A stretch of DNA of 62,431 bases, the filler included, from Dugesia japonica (taxonomy: Eukaryota): assembly GCA_001938525.1 (NCBI GenBank). It is 6 parts of 6 records of this genome, joined end to end, with 100 filler letters (N's around TTAATTAATTAA, not from the genome) between each part and the next. Parts side by side here need not be neighbours in the genome. Positions count along the whole stretch, not along the records: positions 13,313 to 21,674 come from MQRL01613029.1; positions 21,775 to 31,295 come from MQRL01504529.1; 4 more parts are not named here. One strand, written 5' to 3'. The notes under the pieces are model-generated. The model had not been told where the DNA came from. It worked only from the letters and a program-made list of their open reading frames with translations, and searched no databases. Of this stretch, positions 14,675-26,949 are shown piece after piece. The position numbers were made by a program, and so were the translations under genes. The stretch's first letter is position 1; every line of letters starts with the position of its first letter.

Positions 14675-17600
14675 ATGTATAGCAATGGTAATAGTGATAA
14701 ACAAGATTATTAATAAACTCATGAAGGCATTACTGATAAAACTAATAGTTGATAAATTAATTATACGGCATAATATTAATCATAACAATTCCAATTTGGA
14801 TAGTTGAATTCTGTAATTTCTAGAACTCCTTATAGACAAGCTAATGCCAACGGCAATCTAGTATCATTCACAAGGAACTGGCCATTTACGCATTTTTTTA
14901 ATAATACTTTATAATAATATTGAGTTGAGACAAGTTCGTCAAGTTTACAAGGTTTTGCATGGAAATCTAAGCGAGATTATATTGTTGAGTGAATATTTGA
15001 AAAAGATTGTATTACTGTATTATTTGAAATTATTATTGATAATGGTAGTTTGTGCAATTGAACAAGCGGTTTGTATTTGGAAGACCAGAAGCGTTTTGAC
15101 AGGTCTACTGTCGTTAATGATGATGCAATCGAATTAATTATTCTACAACACAATCAATTGCAGAGACTCAAAAATGAAGAAATTTTGAAGGACTTGAATT
15201 TATCAATCGTTACGATGTTTTGATTCCGAATAGGTGGGTAGAAAAGAATTTAAATTTTCAATTCTTTAACGTGTAAGAAACAAGAAGGATACGTTTATGA
15301 AAAGGACAATTACGTATGATGACAAATGAATTACATTTACAAATACCAAGAGTAAAAGAACTTGGCCAAAAAAATGAATAGATATAAAAAAAATTAGAAA
15401 ATAACTGGAAGTAATAAATGAACCAGAGATGTTGAATGAGGAAGAAATATTCAAATCAAGAAAAAGAGAATAATGCTGAAATCGTTAAAATGTAATGAAG
15501 ATTGAAATAATTTTAAAACAATCGAATAAATTAATGAAGTAGAAATTTTTCTCAGATCTTTTTGGAATGATGCAATGAGAGGATTTGACTGTAAATTAAT
15601 AGAGGGATAAGATTTAGTATTCCAACAAGAGTTCTTTAAAGTACAATTCGGTGGATTATTAGACGAACCTACCATTTGCTACCGTCAAAANNNNNNNNNN
15701 NNNNNNNNNNNNNNNNNNNNNNNNNNNNNNNNNNNNNNNNNNNNNNNNNNNNNNNNNNNNNNNNAATATATGTAGAAAGATAAATATTCAGTTTCATAAT
15801 TTGAGAGGATATAATCATTATCATAACCACAAGTATGGTCTCAATTGATTTGCAAATTGAAATCTTCAATCTATCATACAATGAGTGAGAAATGTTTTAT
15901 CCCTCAATTTTATTCATCAATTAAAAATAGCAATTCGATTTATCAATTCATATCAACAGATAAATCAATCAATCGATAAAATCAACAAACTTTTCAACAA
16001 AAGAATATAATGACGGCAAGATAACTTAAACTTTGATTTTCCAATACAATTATGCTACTATTTTAGAAGTACTGAAAGAGATAAGCGTGCCACCAAAATA
16101 GAAAATTAGTGAAGAAGCATATCTGTAGAAAATAAATGTGGAAAACTAAATGATACCGGAATTTAATTGATTACATGTTGCTATATCTTAAGTTGTTGGG
16201 TTTCTTATTACCTGACTTTTTTCAACATTTCGTGTAAGTCTTTGGAGCACACTAAACTGTAACCACTAATATTACATGGAATTCCATGTATCTACATTAA
16301 TGAATCTATAATCATATAGACTAGTATATGAATAAGATTAGTATAATAATTTTTATGTAGAGTTTATTAAAGATGATAAATTAATATTAACTGGTTGTTC
16401 AAGTTTCAAATTTGCAAGGTCGTCTATGAAATATTAAAACAAAACCAATAACACAAAATCTATAACACTCTTCTGATTGAAAGTTTCATTTTTCTCTAAT
16501 TTCTATTATCCTTTAAACAATTTTCTCTGTCATCAAATTAAAGAAAAATAATGTATTAGTGGAAAATATATTATAAAGAATTAAAATTAATAAAATTTTT
16601 CGTCAAAATGAAATCAGATACTGTAATTTTATCTTCATCTTCAGTTAGCTTTAAAATTTCTCAAAAATTTCCCAAGTAAAATTCGAAGAAAATCTTTTAT
16701 TTTACAAATTTAAATAGAAATTATTTTATGTCGATCATGATAAATTTTAATTGATAGAAAATAACTAATTAGAGAAAGAACGATATTGAAAATAATTAGT
16801 TCAAAATAAACTAATAAATTGAGATTTGATCAGATCTGAATTTGATCATTTTTTGCTACTGATAACAATTATACTTTGACAATTGATAAGATTTCAAGGC
16901 TCGATGATGAATTGGTTGAGAGGATTATAGGAATAAATATTAATTAATAATTATAAATAATTGGATTAAAAATAAAATAAAATAAATTTGAAAAATAGAA
17001 AATTGTGATGATTTATTAAGATTCTCAATTGGCGTACGTCATACCATTCAGAGTAGAAGCAAGATAAATAGAAAATAGCAATAATTGTTTGATATAATTT
17101 ATTTCTTTAATTATAATGATAATAATAATAATTGTGAGTTCAACCTGGACTTGGTTATTTATCGGAATTAACCACCTCTTTAAATCACATGAAAAAATAT
17201 AGAAAATCGTTAATTTTACTTAATTTTAACAAAATATATGTTGGGTATTCAACTCAACAAAGTGATTTTTTATGGTTCGTTAACTTTATTATAAAGTATG
17301 TTTTTGAATTTTTAGGAGTTTTGATTTTACCTTTGTGTGTTTGTATAAATATTATATAAGATATATCTTTACTCGAATATTATAAATATGGTAATATATG
17401 TATGTTTGCCCTTATTTAAATAAATCAAATAATCACCTTTAAAACTTTTATTTTTTTATGTATAATACAATATAAATACACGTCACTAATATTCTTAACA
17501 CCTTATAAGCAAGATTTTAAATCTAGTTAGAGATGTCGCCCAGAGAGGTTGGATTCTAACTGATTAAAGTTACTCGAAAAATTGTGTGAATTCAGTCAGT

Positions 17601-18269
17601 ATATATACTGATTTCACTCTCATGCAAACATACCATTAACCAATCAAATTAACGCACTTAAACAAAATAAAAAAATATTTACATAAAAATCAATCGTGCC
17701 TTTCAAAATTATTAATAAAATATTTACATTTACATAAATAAATTAAATCAATCAAAAATCACCACTAAAATATTTACATAAATAATTAGACAAATAATAT
17801 TTTCCAGATCACTTATTAATCAGTCAAAGAAATCGTGATTTTTAGATATGTTGTTAATAAAAATCAATAATATTATTTTCAACTAAATTGTTAAAAAAAA
17901 TTTTTAGAAAACAATGTTCCATTATAATGAATCGATAATATATAATGAGGATTGAGTGTTGAGGATCTGGTTATGTTTGTTATCATGTTATGCGTGTATG
18001 TGTTTTGTGTCTATGATATATGCATGTCTGACTTCTTGATAGATTCAACGCAATAGATCTTTGTTACTCAATTCACATCATCTTTTTTTTGAATCATTTT
18101 AGGGTCATCTAATTAATTTGAACAACTGCTTATATCATGTTTTAATTTTGAACAATCATTTTTATCATGTTTTTAAATTGAACAAAAATTATTATAACAA
18201 ATAAAAATATTATTTTAACAAATAAACAAACTAAATAAAATTTGTTCAAATAGTTATTCTTTTGGTAAC

Positions 18270-19020
18270 ATAGTTTTTTATCTGAGATTATATGGATTTT
18301 GATAAAATAAAATATATTATCGTTGGTTACTGCATATGAACCAATTCGGTTTTTAAGAGAAAATGCTCTCTTATTAACATCAGACAAGTGTGATTCCTGT
18401 GGAAATTTATTTAAAGAATCCAATACAAAAAAAAACAATAACACTGTTTCATGGCGGTGTTTCCAGAAGAATTGTGCAAATTATAGGAAATACGTTTCAA
18501 TCAGAAGAAAATAATTCTTCCAAAAATTTAAGATTTCTCTTTATTCATGTATTCATTTGATATATTTATAGGCCATGGGTAGATCACAAAAGTCAGCCAT
18601 AGAAGACACAGGAGTTTCATAGTCTGTCATTGTTCATTTCTATACAGAAACGAGAAATCAATGTAGAATATTTTAAACGAAATATCCAAAAGGATTGGGT
18701 GGAGAACAACGAATCGTCCAAATAGACGAATCTTTATTTCGGAAATTTTTTTCTTATTTTTTAATTTGTTTCTATTTTCTTATTTAAGATATAAACCAAA
18801 ATATCACAGAGGTCGTACTTCTGAAAATGAGTTGTGGGTTTTTGGCATTGTTAATGATTCGACTAATGCAAATATTTTTTCAATTAATAGAGAACAAAAC
18901 AGCTGCTACATTATTACCCATTATAAAGGGCCATTGTTCAGAAAGGTTCTATCATAATGAGTGATGAATGGAAAGCTTATAGTAAATTAGCAAATGATAA
19001 AAATTACATTCATCTAACAA
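18270..19020 (+). pseudogene. Merlin (IS1016/IS1595-like) transposase pseudogene
   Basis: Zn ribbon CDSC..WRC...C...VSIR, then LGGEQRIVQIDESLF, YKPKYHRGR....WVFGIV and GSIIMSDEWKAY..L....YIHLT. A probable 47-bp intron lies at 18742-18788. Confidence 0.88.
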
Positions 19021-20667
19021 ATATATTCATTAACATCAAAATTCAACTCCATATTAAAATTTCTTTGAAATAAAAACTTTAAACATAAATTTGATATTTT
19101 CAAACAAACTTAAAAATTAATATTTAAAAATGAAAAAGGATAAATATTTTGATTTTAAAATTTCATTACTTATCCAATTTTAAATACACTAAAAACATTT
19201 TACATTCATTTATTTTTATATTTTATTCTATTTAAAATATATTTAAAATTTTACAATTTATTTTATAAATTTTTTCTGATACAAATTTAAATACAAATTT
19301 ATTTTAATAAATTCCACTTTAAAATATAAAACATTTAAATCGGTTTTCAAAAAAACTGTTTTATAATTGTAAAACAAGGAGGATATAAAAGAAACAATAA
19401 CGTTTATCGATTATATTGATTAAAAAAATAGACTAATTCAAAGTTGTTCAGAGTTATGAAACTCTGATAGAAGAAGCATGAAAAAACTAGCAGAGATGAT
19501 ACTATGAAAAAGTAATAGAAAGTTTGAAATGCCGGCTATGTTACATATTTTGTCTTCCTAGTAGAAATGGTAGAGTTTTGGGCTTGTTATAAAAAAGGTT
19601 CACAAAGAAAAATGTGTCATTTATGGAAAATAGGCCAAATTAGAAAGATATTAAAAAATGAAAGTTGAGAGAAATGTAGTAAAGTGGTAAAGAGAGTAAC
19701 ATAAATTTGAAAATGCGAATAAACTTGGGTTAACTAAACGTATTGAAAATAGAATACGTACAAAGAAACAGATCAAACCAATTTTAGAAAGTCGTGCTCA
19801 AAAGTTTTAGTTCTGATAATAAATGAAAACAGTTTGAATCATCTACTAACAACTAAATTCAATTATTTTTGAAGGATTTCAGGAAAGTAAGATAGAAAGT
19901 AAACAAGATTTTTAGGAAAGAAAGTAAAATTTCAATAAAAATCTAAATAATTTAATTTATTTTTAATAGTATTGACGAATCTAAGAGTTAATCATCAAAG
20001 AACACTCGCCATAAATTAAGACTTCTGACGGGAAATGAAAGAAATATTTTTCTGATCTGTTAACCATAAAATATTTTATTAAATAACAAAAATTAATTTA
20101 ACATTTATCTTGATTTAATAAGTTGCAAAGAATTATTTTCCAATTCATTTTATAAACACTTGGATTGAAAGTTTTCATACTTGCTAAACGTAGAATTCAA
20201 TCTTTTACTAAATCAAAATAAATATTTAATAATAAATTTGTTTTATTTATTATTATGTTTATTTATCAATAATCAATTCACAAAATACTTTCATCATTTA
20301 TACCTTCGAAAATTTTCTAGAGTTCAAGAAACATTATTTTTCAGTGACTTCAATAATTTCTACGAAATTATCGTATATTTAGCTGAAATTAAGTCTTTAT
20401 ATTCACTTTAAAATACAAAATAATATTTTAAGGAAATTGCTATTTTATAAAAATATACAATTTAAATTGTAAATGAATATTAAAGTTAATATTAAATACC
20501 TATTATTTTAATATATCATTTCAAAATTAAATTCAAAGAAATATTTAAAAATATTCTTGTAATAAATTGAAATTTAATTTTAATTTTAGAATTTGTTTTC
20601 TAGGTGCTTTTTAACCGAAAACGTTAAACGATTTGTAAAATACTTTCAATATCGTAATATAGTTAGT

Positions 20668-21674
20668 ATGAGTGAAAAAATTAAAATTGGAGTAATTCAG
20701 CTTCAATCAACCTCAAATAAATTAGAAAATTTTGAAATTTGTAAAAAACTTATCGAGGAAGCATCTAAAAATGGTGCAAAGATGGCATTTTTACCTGAGA
20801 ATTTTGATTTTTTGTCGGAATCAAAAGAACAAGCTTTTGAATTAAGTGAAATTCTCGATGGAAATTTGATTAATAATTATAGGAAAATGGCAATGGAAAG
20901 AAATATTTATCTAAGTTTAGGAGGATTTCATAGAAAGGTTTTCAGTTAATTTTACTGTGGAGTTTCTATTTATGAATTTTGAAGAATTTGAAAGAAAACA
21001 GCAAACAGAAAATATTCAATACTCATGTAGTAATTGACAACCGGGGAATAATCAAAGAAACTTACGATAAACTGCACCTTTTCGATGTCGATATTCCCAA
21101 TATGGAGAGCATCCGCGAATCAAGTGTGGTGCAAGCGGGAAGTTGTGTAAAGAAGCCAGTTGAAACGCCTCTCGGATTGATGGGAATGTCGATAGTTTGA
21201 TAAAGTTTATCAGTGAAATAATCAAATTATTTGCTGATTTAGTGTTACGATGTGAGATTTCCCGAGTTGTCACAGAGTTTGCGAGCGTCCTCTGCCAATG
21301 TTCTCACGTTTCCCTCTGCGTTCACGGTGAAAACTGGACAGGCTCATTGGCACGTGTTGTTGCGGGCAAGAGCGGTGGACAATCAATGTTTCGTGATTGC
21401 CGCAGCGCAAGAAGGCCGTCACAACTCAAAACGAACGTCGTATGGGCACTCGCTTGTTGTCGATCCGTGGGGAACGATTATTGCCGAGAGGATCGAGGCT
21501 GGGCCGGGATTATTGATGTGTGATATCGATCTGGGTGTTGTTGACAAGATTCGGGCGAATCTTCCAGTTTTCCAGCATCGCAGGCTCGATTTGTTCCCGC
21601 AACTTTCGCCGCAGGTTCATCCGATCAGTGAGAATTCTTTCTGCCTTTCCTTTTTTCTTTTCTTCCTTCCTTTT
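20668..21674 (+). CDS. NIT1: NIT1-like nitrilase (deaminated glutathione amidase); exons about 20668-20937, 20985-21194 and 21243 to at least 21627; 3' end cut by the contig end
   Basis: The Glu-Lys-Cys triad sits in FLPENFD, YDKLHLFDVD and SI|CYDVRFPE. Also present are FPSAFTVKTGQAHWHVLLRARA and SYGHSLVVDPWG. GT-AG introns of 47 and 48 bp join the frames in phase 0. Confidence 0.93.
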
Positions 21675-21774
21675 NNNNNNNNNNNNNNNNNNNNNNNNNN
21701 NNNNNNNNNNNNNNNNNNTTAATTAATTAANNNNNNNNNNNNNNNNNNNNNNNNNNNNNNNNNNNNNNNNNNNN
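21675..21774. other. Artificial contig linker
   Basis: 44N-TTAATTAATTAA-44N. Confidence 0.97.
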
Positions 21775-21794
21775 TTATTTCTAAATATTTAAAT

Positions 21795-22570
21795 TTAATA
21801 TTGATTAATAAAAATAAAAGTATTACCACCAGTTTTTCTTTTTCTTTCGATCTGACATTTGTGTTGTTTTCCAAACGCGAAGGCTAGAGACTGTAATTGT
21901 ATATCAAGCCTGATTTCGTTTATTTGTTCAGGACTTTTATAATCTAAGCCAATGTTTAAACCATTTGATATTTTTATTCTATTTTCTTCATAAAGCTCGT
22001 TTACTAAAGTTGGCGGATCAAGATTAAACAATTTTACCATATTATGCATTAGAAAACTTATGTTTTTTAATGAATCCATATTGAAATCTAGTTTTTTCAC
22101 GCTTTCTTCTTTTCTTAATAATACCAANNNNNNNNNNNNNNNNNNNNNNNNNNNNNNNNNNNNNNNNNNNNNNNNNNCTTCTTTTCTTAATAATACCAAA
22201 CTATCGAAAAATTGAATTTTCATTAAGGCGTGTAAAACAGCTTCTAGTATATTCTCCAACTTATGTCGATAGAGTAATACCTTATTATTTGAAATCTCCT
22301 CAAAAGCGTCCATGAACATATAGAGACTGTAAACATTTTTTCAAATTTCATGCTTTGTTGGCTTTACAATCGCTTAAGAAATCTATATAATTCAATCTTA
22401 TGTATTTATCCTCAGTATTTTGATTTAATGATGAAAGAAATTTTTGAATTTTGGATTGAGCCATTTCTTTTTTGTATTCTTTTTATATCTCTTTATTTTC
22501 CCGAATACAAATATCAATATTTTTCATCATTTCTTCTTGTTTCAATGATAATGCCTTTATTTTGGTCATA
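21795..22570 (-). pseudogene. Unknown helical protein near a Polinton terminus; upstream part interrupted by stops
   Basis: A 174-aa ORF whose internal N gap is an overlap artefact (LVLLRKE appears on both sides), preceded by a coding-like upstream frame MTKIKALSLKQEEMMKNID. Confidence 0.45.
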
Positions 22571-22734
22571 TTTTATTTAGGAAATCATGAATTTATAAAC
22601 ATGTCAATGTGTTTATATAAATGTATGTAATAAAAATAAATTAATCGGATTGGCTAAAAAATTGAAATAAATTTGATTGGATGTTAAAACCTACATATTT
22701 GAAATACAAATTAACTAAAATCATTTATTTTAAA

Positions 22735-23290
22735 ATGTGTTATAAATTTATTGGAAAATTAACAGATGTTGAAAACGATAATCAAAATGAAGAAGTTGAG
22801 CCAAATTTAGAATATGATGAAAAACAATAGCCTACAACGTCAGATGAAGAGGAAAAATATTTTAAAGCTACGGGTTATTTTTTTAACTGATTTAATATTT
22901 AAAAAATGATTGATTTAGAAAATATTGAATCTGATGTACAAATGATGGAAGAAACAGAGTTGTCGAAATAGACCTGCTAGAAAAATCTTCAAATACATTT
23001 GATAAAGGTTTGACTTAATTTCATTTAAATTATGTTATTTTGTTTTAGATTTGTTACTCGGACTTCTTTAGCCATGCTTTAAGGATAATATAATTTATTG
23101 TGCACCAGAATTGATTTGGTGCAACATAAAACAGATGACTGGAGTGGACATGAAAAGGTGTAGAACATATTCGTCGAATATCATAAAGAAGATATTATTT
23201 GTGAATATTGTTCTGGAAAGAAGAAAGATTTGAAGAGAAAATTTATGAACTCTATCTATCCTGAGTCTTATAAAAGACAATGTTAATAAC
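22735..23290 (+). pseudogene. Unknown acidic spliced gene, divergent from the previous one, decayed
   Basis: An E/D-rich frame (DVENDNQNEEVEPNLEYDE) with GT-AG introns at 22874-22918 and 23008-23048 and in-frame stops. Confidence 0.45.
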
Positions 23291-23389
23291 TTTATGTTAA
23301 TTAACTTAGTTTGTTATTAAATAAATGTTAATTTAAATTTACATTTATTTATTCTATATTATTGTATTAAATACCTTTTCTGGGATAAA

Positions 23390-23709
23390 TAATATTAAGT
23401 CGGCGCGGAAATTAATAATATTAAGTCTGCGCGAGGAGTAAGGGTTAGGTAATTATTAAACCTGTTTGAATGATAGTTGACATTGACCTAAAAATAGTTG
23501 TCATGGAAATTACCTTGACCTACTTTCATTTATCCTTGACTTACCTTTATTCGACCTTGAAATATTCCACCAGAATCGCGTATACGTAGCCATTTTGACC
23601 TTGAAAAAATTTACCACTAATCAGAATCGAGTATATGTAGCCACTTTGACCTAGAAAAATTTTCTACCTCTAGGGGGCGGGTGTCTACATGCGCTACTAT
23701 CTATCTACT
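23390..23709 (-). repeat. Polinton/Maverick-type terminus (right end) with TTGACC subterminal repeats
   Basis: Ends in TGCGCTACTATCTATCTACT (reverse complement AGTAGATAGATAGTAGCGCA). It contains many TTGAC(C/T/A) units and a duplicated AGAATCG.GTATA.GTAGCCA.TTTGACCT.GAAAAA block. Confidence 0.7.
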
Positions 23710-23719
23710 ATGATTTAAT

Positions 23720-24540
23720 GGAGAACGGTGATATTTTAACTCAAACGATGAAACAGAAATATGTTCTGACAGTTTAAATAAATGACATCAATTGTAATGC
23801 TCTTCCTTTGAGCATTGATAATATTTGTGTGAAGTTCCTGGAAATTTATAAATCACTAAAAGGTCTGGCAAATTTTCAGCAAGAAAGACATTTATTGATA
23901 GATATGGATAATTTTGGAATTATAAAGAACAATGTTAACGATATACTTTCATGATAAATAGTGAAGCTTCAAGTTTCAATAAAAATATGGCTAAGAACTT
24001 TGTGAATAATATTTCATTGTAATTTGATAGAAACTACATAAAATTATTAATATCGAGAAAACTGGATTGATTTGAAAAAAATGGCATGGTAAACATTTTT
24101 AAAAAGTAACGAAAGTCGGAACCTAGTTATAAGATTTCATCTGATAATTTACGAGCATTATTATTGTCGATAAAAAAGACTTGGTTTTGACTGGAGGTTC
24201 AATAAAATGTTTGGATCACTGTGGATATATTTGTGATTGGATTAACTAATGTTTAGGGAAAGCATCTAAAGTTTATTAAGAAAAAGAACAGCGTTCCTTA
24301 TAAATCTTGATAAAGTTCTGAAATACTCAAAATAAATCATTTAATTCACTTTGAGTTTCCATTAAATTTTTCTTCTTTCAATTTAAGTACACTCTTTCAT
24401 TGAACCTATAGATCAGGTTGTTCTTTAAGCATCCACAAGCTCTTGAAAAATCTTAAAACTTTAAATAAATATGTTAATGTTGAATCTATCAAGAAATTAT
24501 GGAAACGTTTTCAGTAGAAAATGCAATAGAAAGTATTGTT
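23720..24540 (+). mobile_element. Heavily decayed pogo/Tigger transposase remnant
   Basis: KFSARK..IDRY resembles the FxASxGW..RF motif; SEASS; and SFIEPIDQVV resembles SLIQPMDQGV. Confidence 0.5.
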
Positions 24541-25419
24541 TAATCATCTTGGGTGTATAACTGAGTTTTTTTGGATTTAGTATTTATTTTTTAATTTATT
24601 AATTAATTTAAATTGATAAATAACAAATCAAACAATGTAAAGGTAATGATTTGTTATTTATTAATTTAAATTAATTAATAAATTAATTTTTTCAGTATTT
24701 TCAATCCAGTCAATAATCAAACAACAGTCAGATTGATAGATTTTTTATTGAAATAATTATTAATTTGAAAATATGTTTGGTTTTGTACTTCATCTTTTAT
24801 TTTAATATTTCTCGGAGACTCCCAAATAAAATACTTGTTTTTTCTTTATAACTTTTTATGTATAAGATTTTAACTGTGTTTTTCGTACTAACCGTAAAAT
24901 TTCCTATCGAATAGTATTAATTTCTATAAATTTTGAGTTACTTTTGAAAGTTTTGAAAAATGTCACCAAATCCTGGAGGGCGGCTGTACATATTCGTTAT
25001 GGAGCATTTTTACCGAAACCATATATATTTTTTTTGTACAGTCACTTTTTCCTCCTGACTAAAATAATACTAAATTATAGTCGACAGCAGTTCTCATAGT
25101 TTTGACATTTTTTCACCAAAAAACCTCATTTATTTCAACTTTGACGATTTTAGGTTACCATATTTGAAATCAGCGAACAATTCTTTATCGAATAGACACT
25201 TTGTTTACATATTTGTGAAGGAAAATATTTTCAAAAAAGTTTTATTTGAGAAAAATAATCGCTGTAAAATTCTCTGCAGTTTAGTATAAAAATCTTTGAA
25301 ATCTCAGATATAGAACATATTTTTTCAAAAACTTAGACTGATCATCCAGATTCCCATAAAAATTGATTTAAAAAATTTTAAATTTCATATTATTTAAACA
25401 ACATGATCGGTTTGCCCGG

Positions 25420-25786
25420 ATTTCTATAAAAAATTCCCATAAAAATTTTTTTCCACCTAAAAAAGCTTGAAAACATATTGCTGCTAAAAAACCTAAAAAA
25501 AATTCCTAACTAAATACACAGGGAAATATAAAAACAGTTAAAACTATTACATAAAATTTCACCGATGAAATTAATCTCATGACATAATTTGTGTGCAAAA
25601 AAATTTCCCATCTAAATACACAGGGAAATACGAAAACAGTAACGTAATAGTTATTTAATGATGCAATTTATAATGCAATTTTTAAATTCCCAACTAAATG
25701 CATTAGGATTACATTTCATTACATCACTTACCTGGCGGGGTGGTTACCAAATGTGTGCTGTTCTCGTGCGCTACTATCTATCTACT
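25420..25786 (-). repeat. Second Polinton-type terminus (right end)
   Basis: Shares the 22-mer TGCGCTACTATCTATCTACTAT with 23690-23711 and carries a duplicated AAATACACAGGGAAATA..AAAACAGT. Confidence 0.65.
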
Positions 25787-26061
25787 ATTGACAAATATAG
25801 ATAAGGTAGAAAGTTGAAATGAAAATGATATAATAAAAAGAAAGTGGGTTGTAACAAAAATGCATGAGTTGAATTATGAAAAGAAATAAAAGAAATTTTG
25901 AAAATTGTTCCATTATTTTATGATTTCTTATTAAAAAATTAATGCTTTCATTCAGTACCCCAACAAAAAACGAAGTATTTTTAAAAGTTTAAATTGTAAA
26001 TCAAATTTCATATTTATATTAAATTATTAATTAACATTAAAATTCAAATTTATATCTTTAG

Positions 26062-26197
26062 GAGTATATTATCCTAATTTCGGCACTATTCCTGTTTCAA
26101 TGGTTTGTCCACAATGTCATACACAAATTGCTACCGTTGTCACATTTTCTAATGGAACGTTAACATATCTTCTTGTTATGGGAATATTCTTTTTTGG
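26062..26197 (+). CDS. LITAF: LITAF-domain protein, single exon (N-terminal CxxC plus hydrophobic segment)
   Basis: Bounded by TTTAG| and |GTAACT; translates as VYYPNFGTIPVSMVCPQCHTQIATVVTFSNGTLTYLLVMGIFFFG. Confidence 0.8.
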
Positions 26198-26949
26198 GTA
26201 ACTTAATTTTTTTTACTGTGCTTAATTGATTTTCTTATTAAATATCAATTTTTTGCAGGTAAAAATGTGTTACATTTAGTAAAAAAAATAGTNTATAATT
26301 ATGTTTTAATTATAAATTTTGTATTAAATATTTGGAACTTGCTTAATATTTGTTAATATATTCATTTTACCGCTGAAAATAACATAAATACTATACATTT
26401 TTTTGTAAAAAAGCTTTAGTTTTTTTCACCGTTTTTTGGCGCCAAAGTGTTCACAAGCTGTCAACTGCTCATGAACTTAAATAATATTTGACAATTTTTT
26501 TAAAAGAAAATACGGAAAAATAAAAATATGAAAAATGCAAATATCCTTTAAAAAAATAGTTGAGAATTAATTAATTTATAAGGTAAAATAAAAAAATTCA
26601 TTTCTTAAAATTCTTAATTTTGATAATAAAATTCCAAATGTTAGCAACGAACTAAATAAATATTTGTCAGATAAAAGTTATGAGAACATAAATTTATTTA
26701 ATAAATATGAAGTAGCTTGAATAATTAAAAAAAATTTATATGATTAGTCAAATTATTCTTAAATCTGTGTTCCGCCATTTGACGATTTTGGTTACATAAT
26801 AAAAACATTATGAACCCAATTTTCCAAAATTGAAAATAAGAATAGGTATGAAATGTTATTTATTTAAATGTTTATATGGCGCTGAAATAGTGGTTTACAA
26901 CCAATGCCGCAGTATGGTTTGAAGGAGAAAAATTATTAATCAATTTTTA

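Noticed and set aside
14047-14722. Hydrophobic poly-Leu/Ile/Tyr ORFs
   Set aside because: They are translations of the TAA microsatellite and of AAT-rich low-complexity DNA.
19380-19800. gag-like zinc-knuckle remnant
   Set aside because: The CCHC residues are incomplete and there is no LTR or pol nearby.
22100-22200. Internal peptide repeat LVLLRKE
   Set aside because: The same bases flank a 50-N gap, so this is an unmerged contig overlap.
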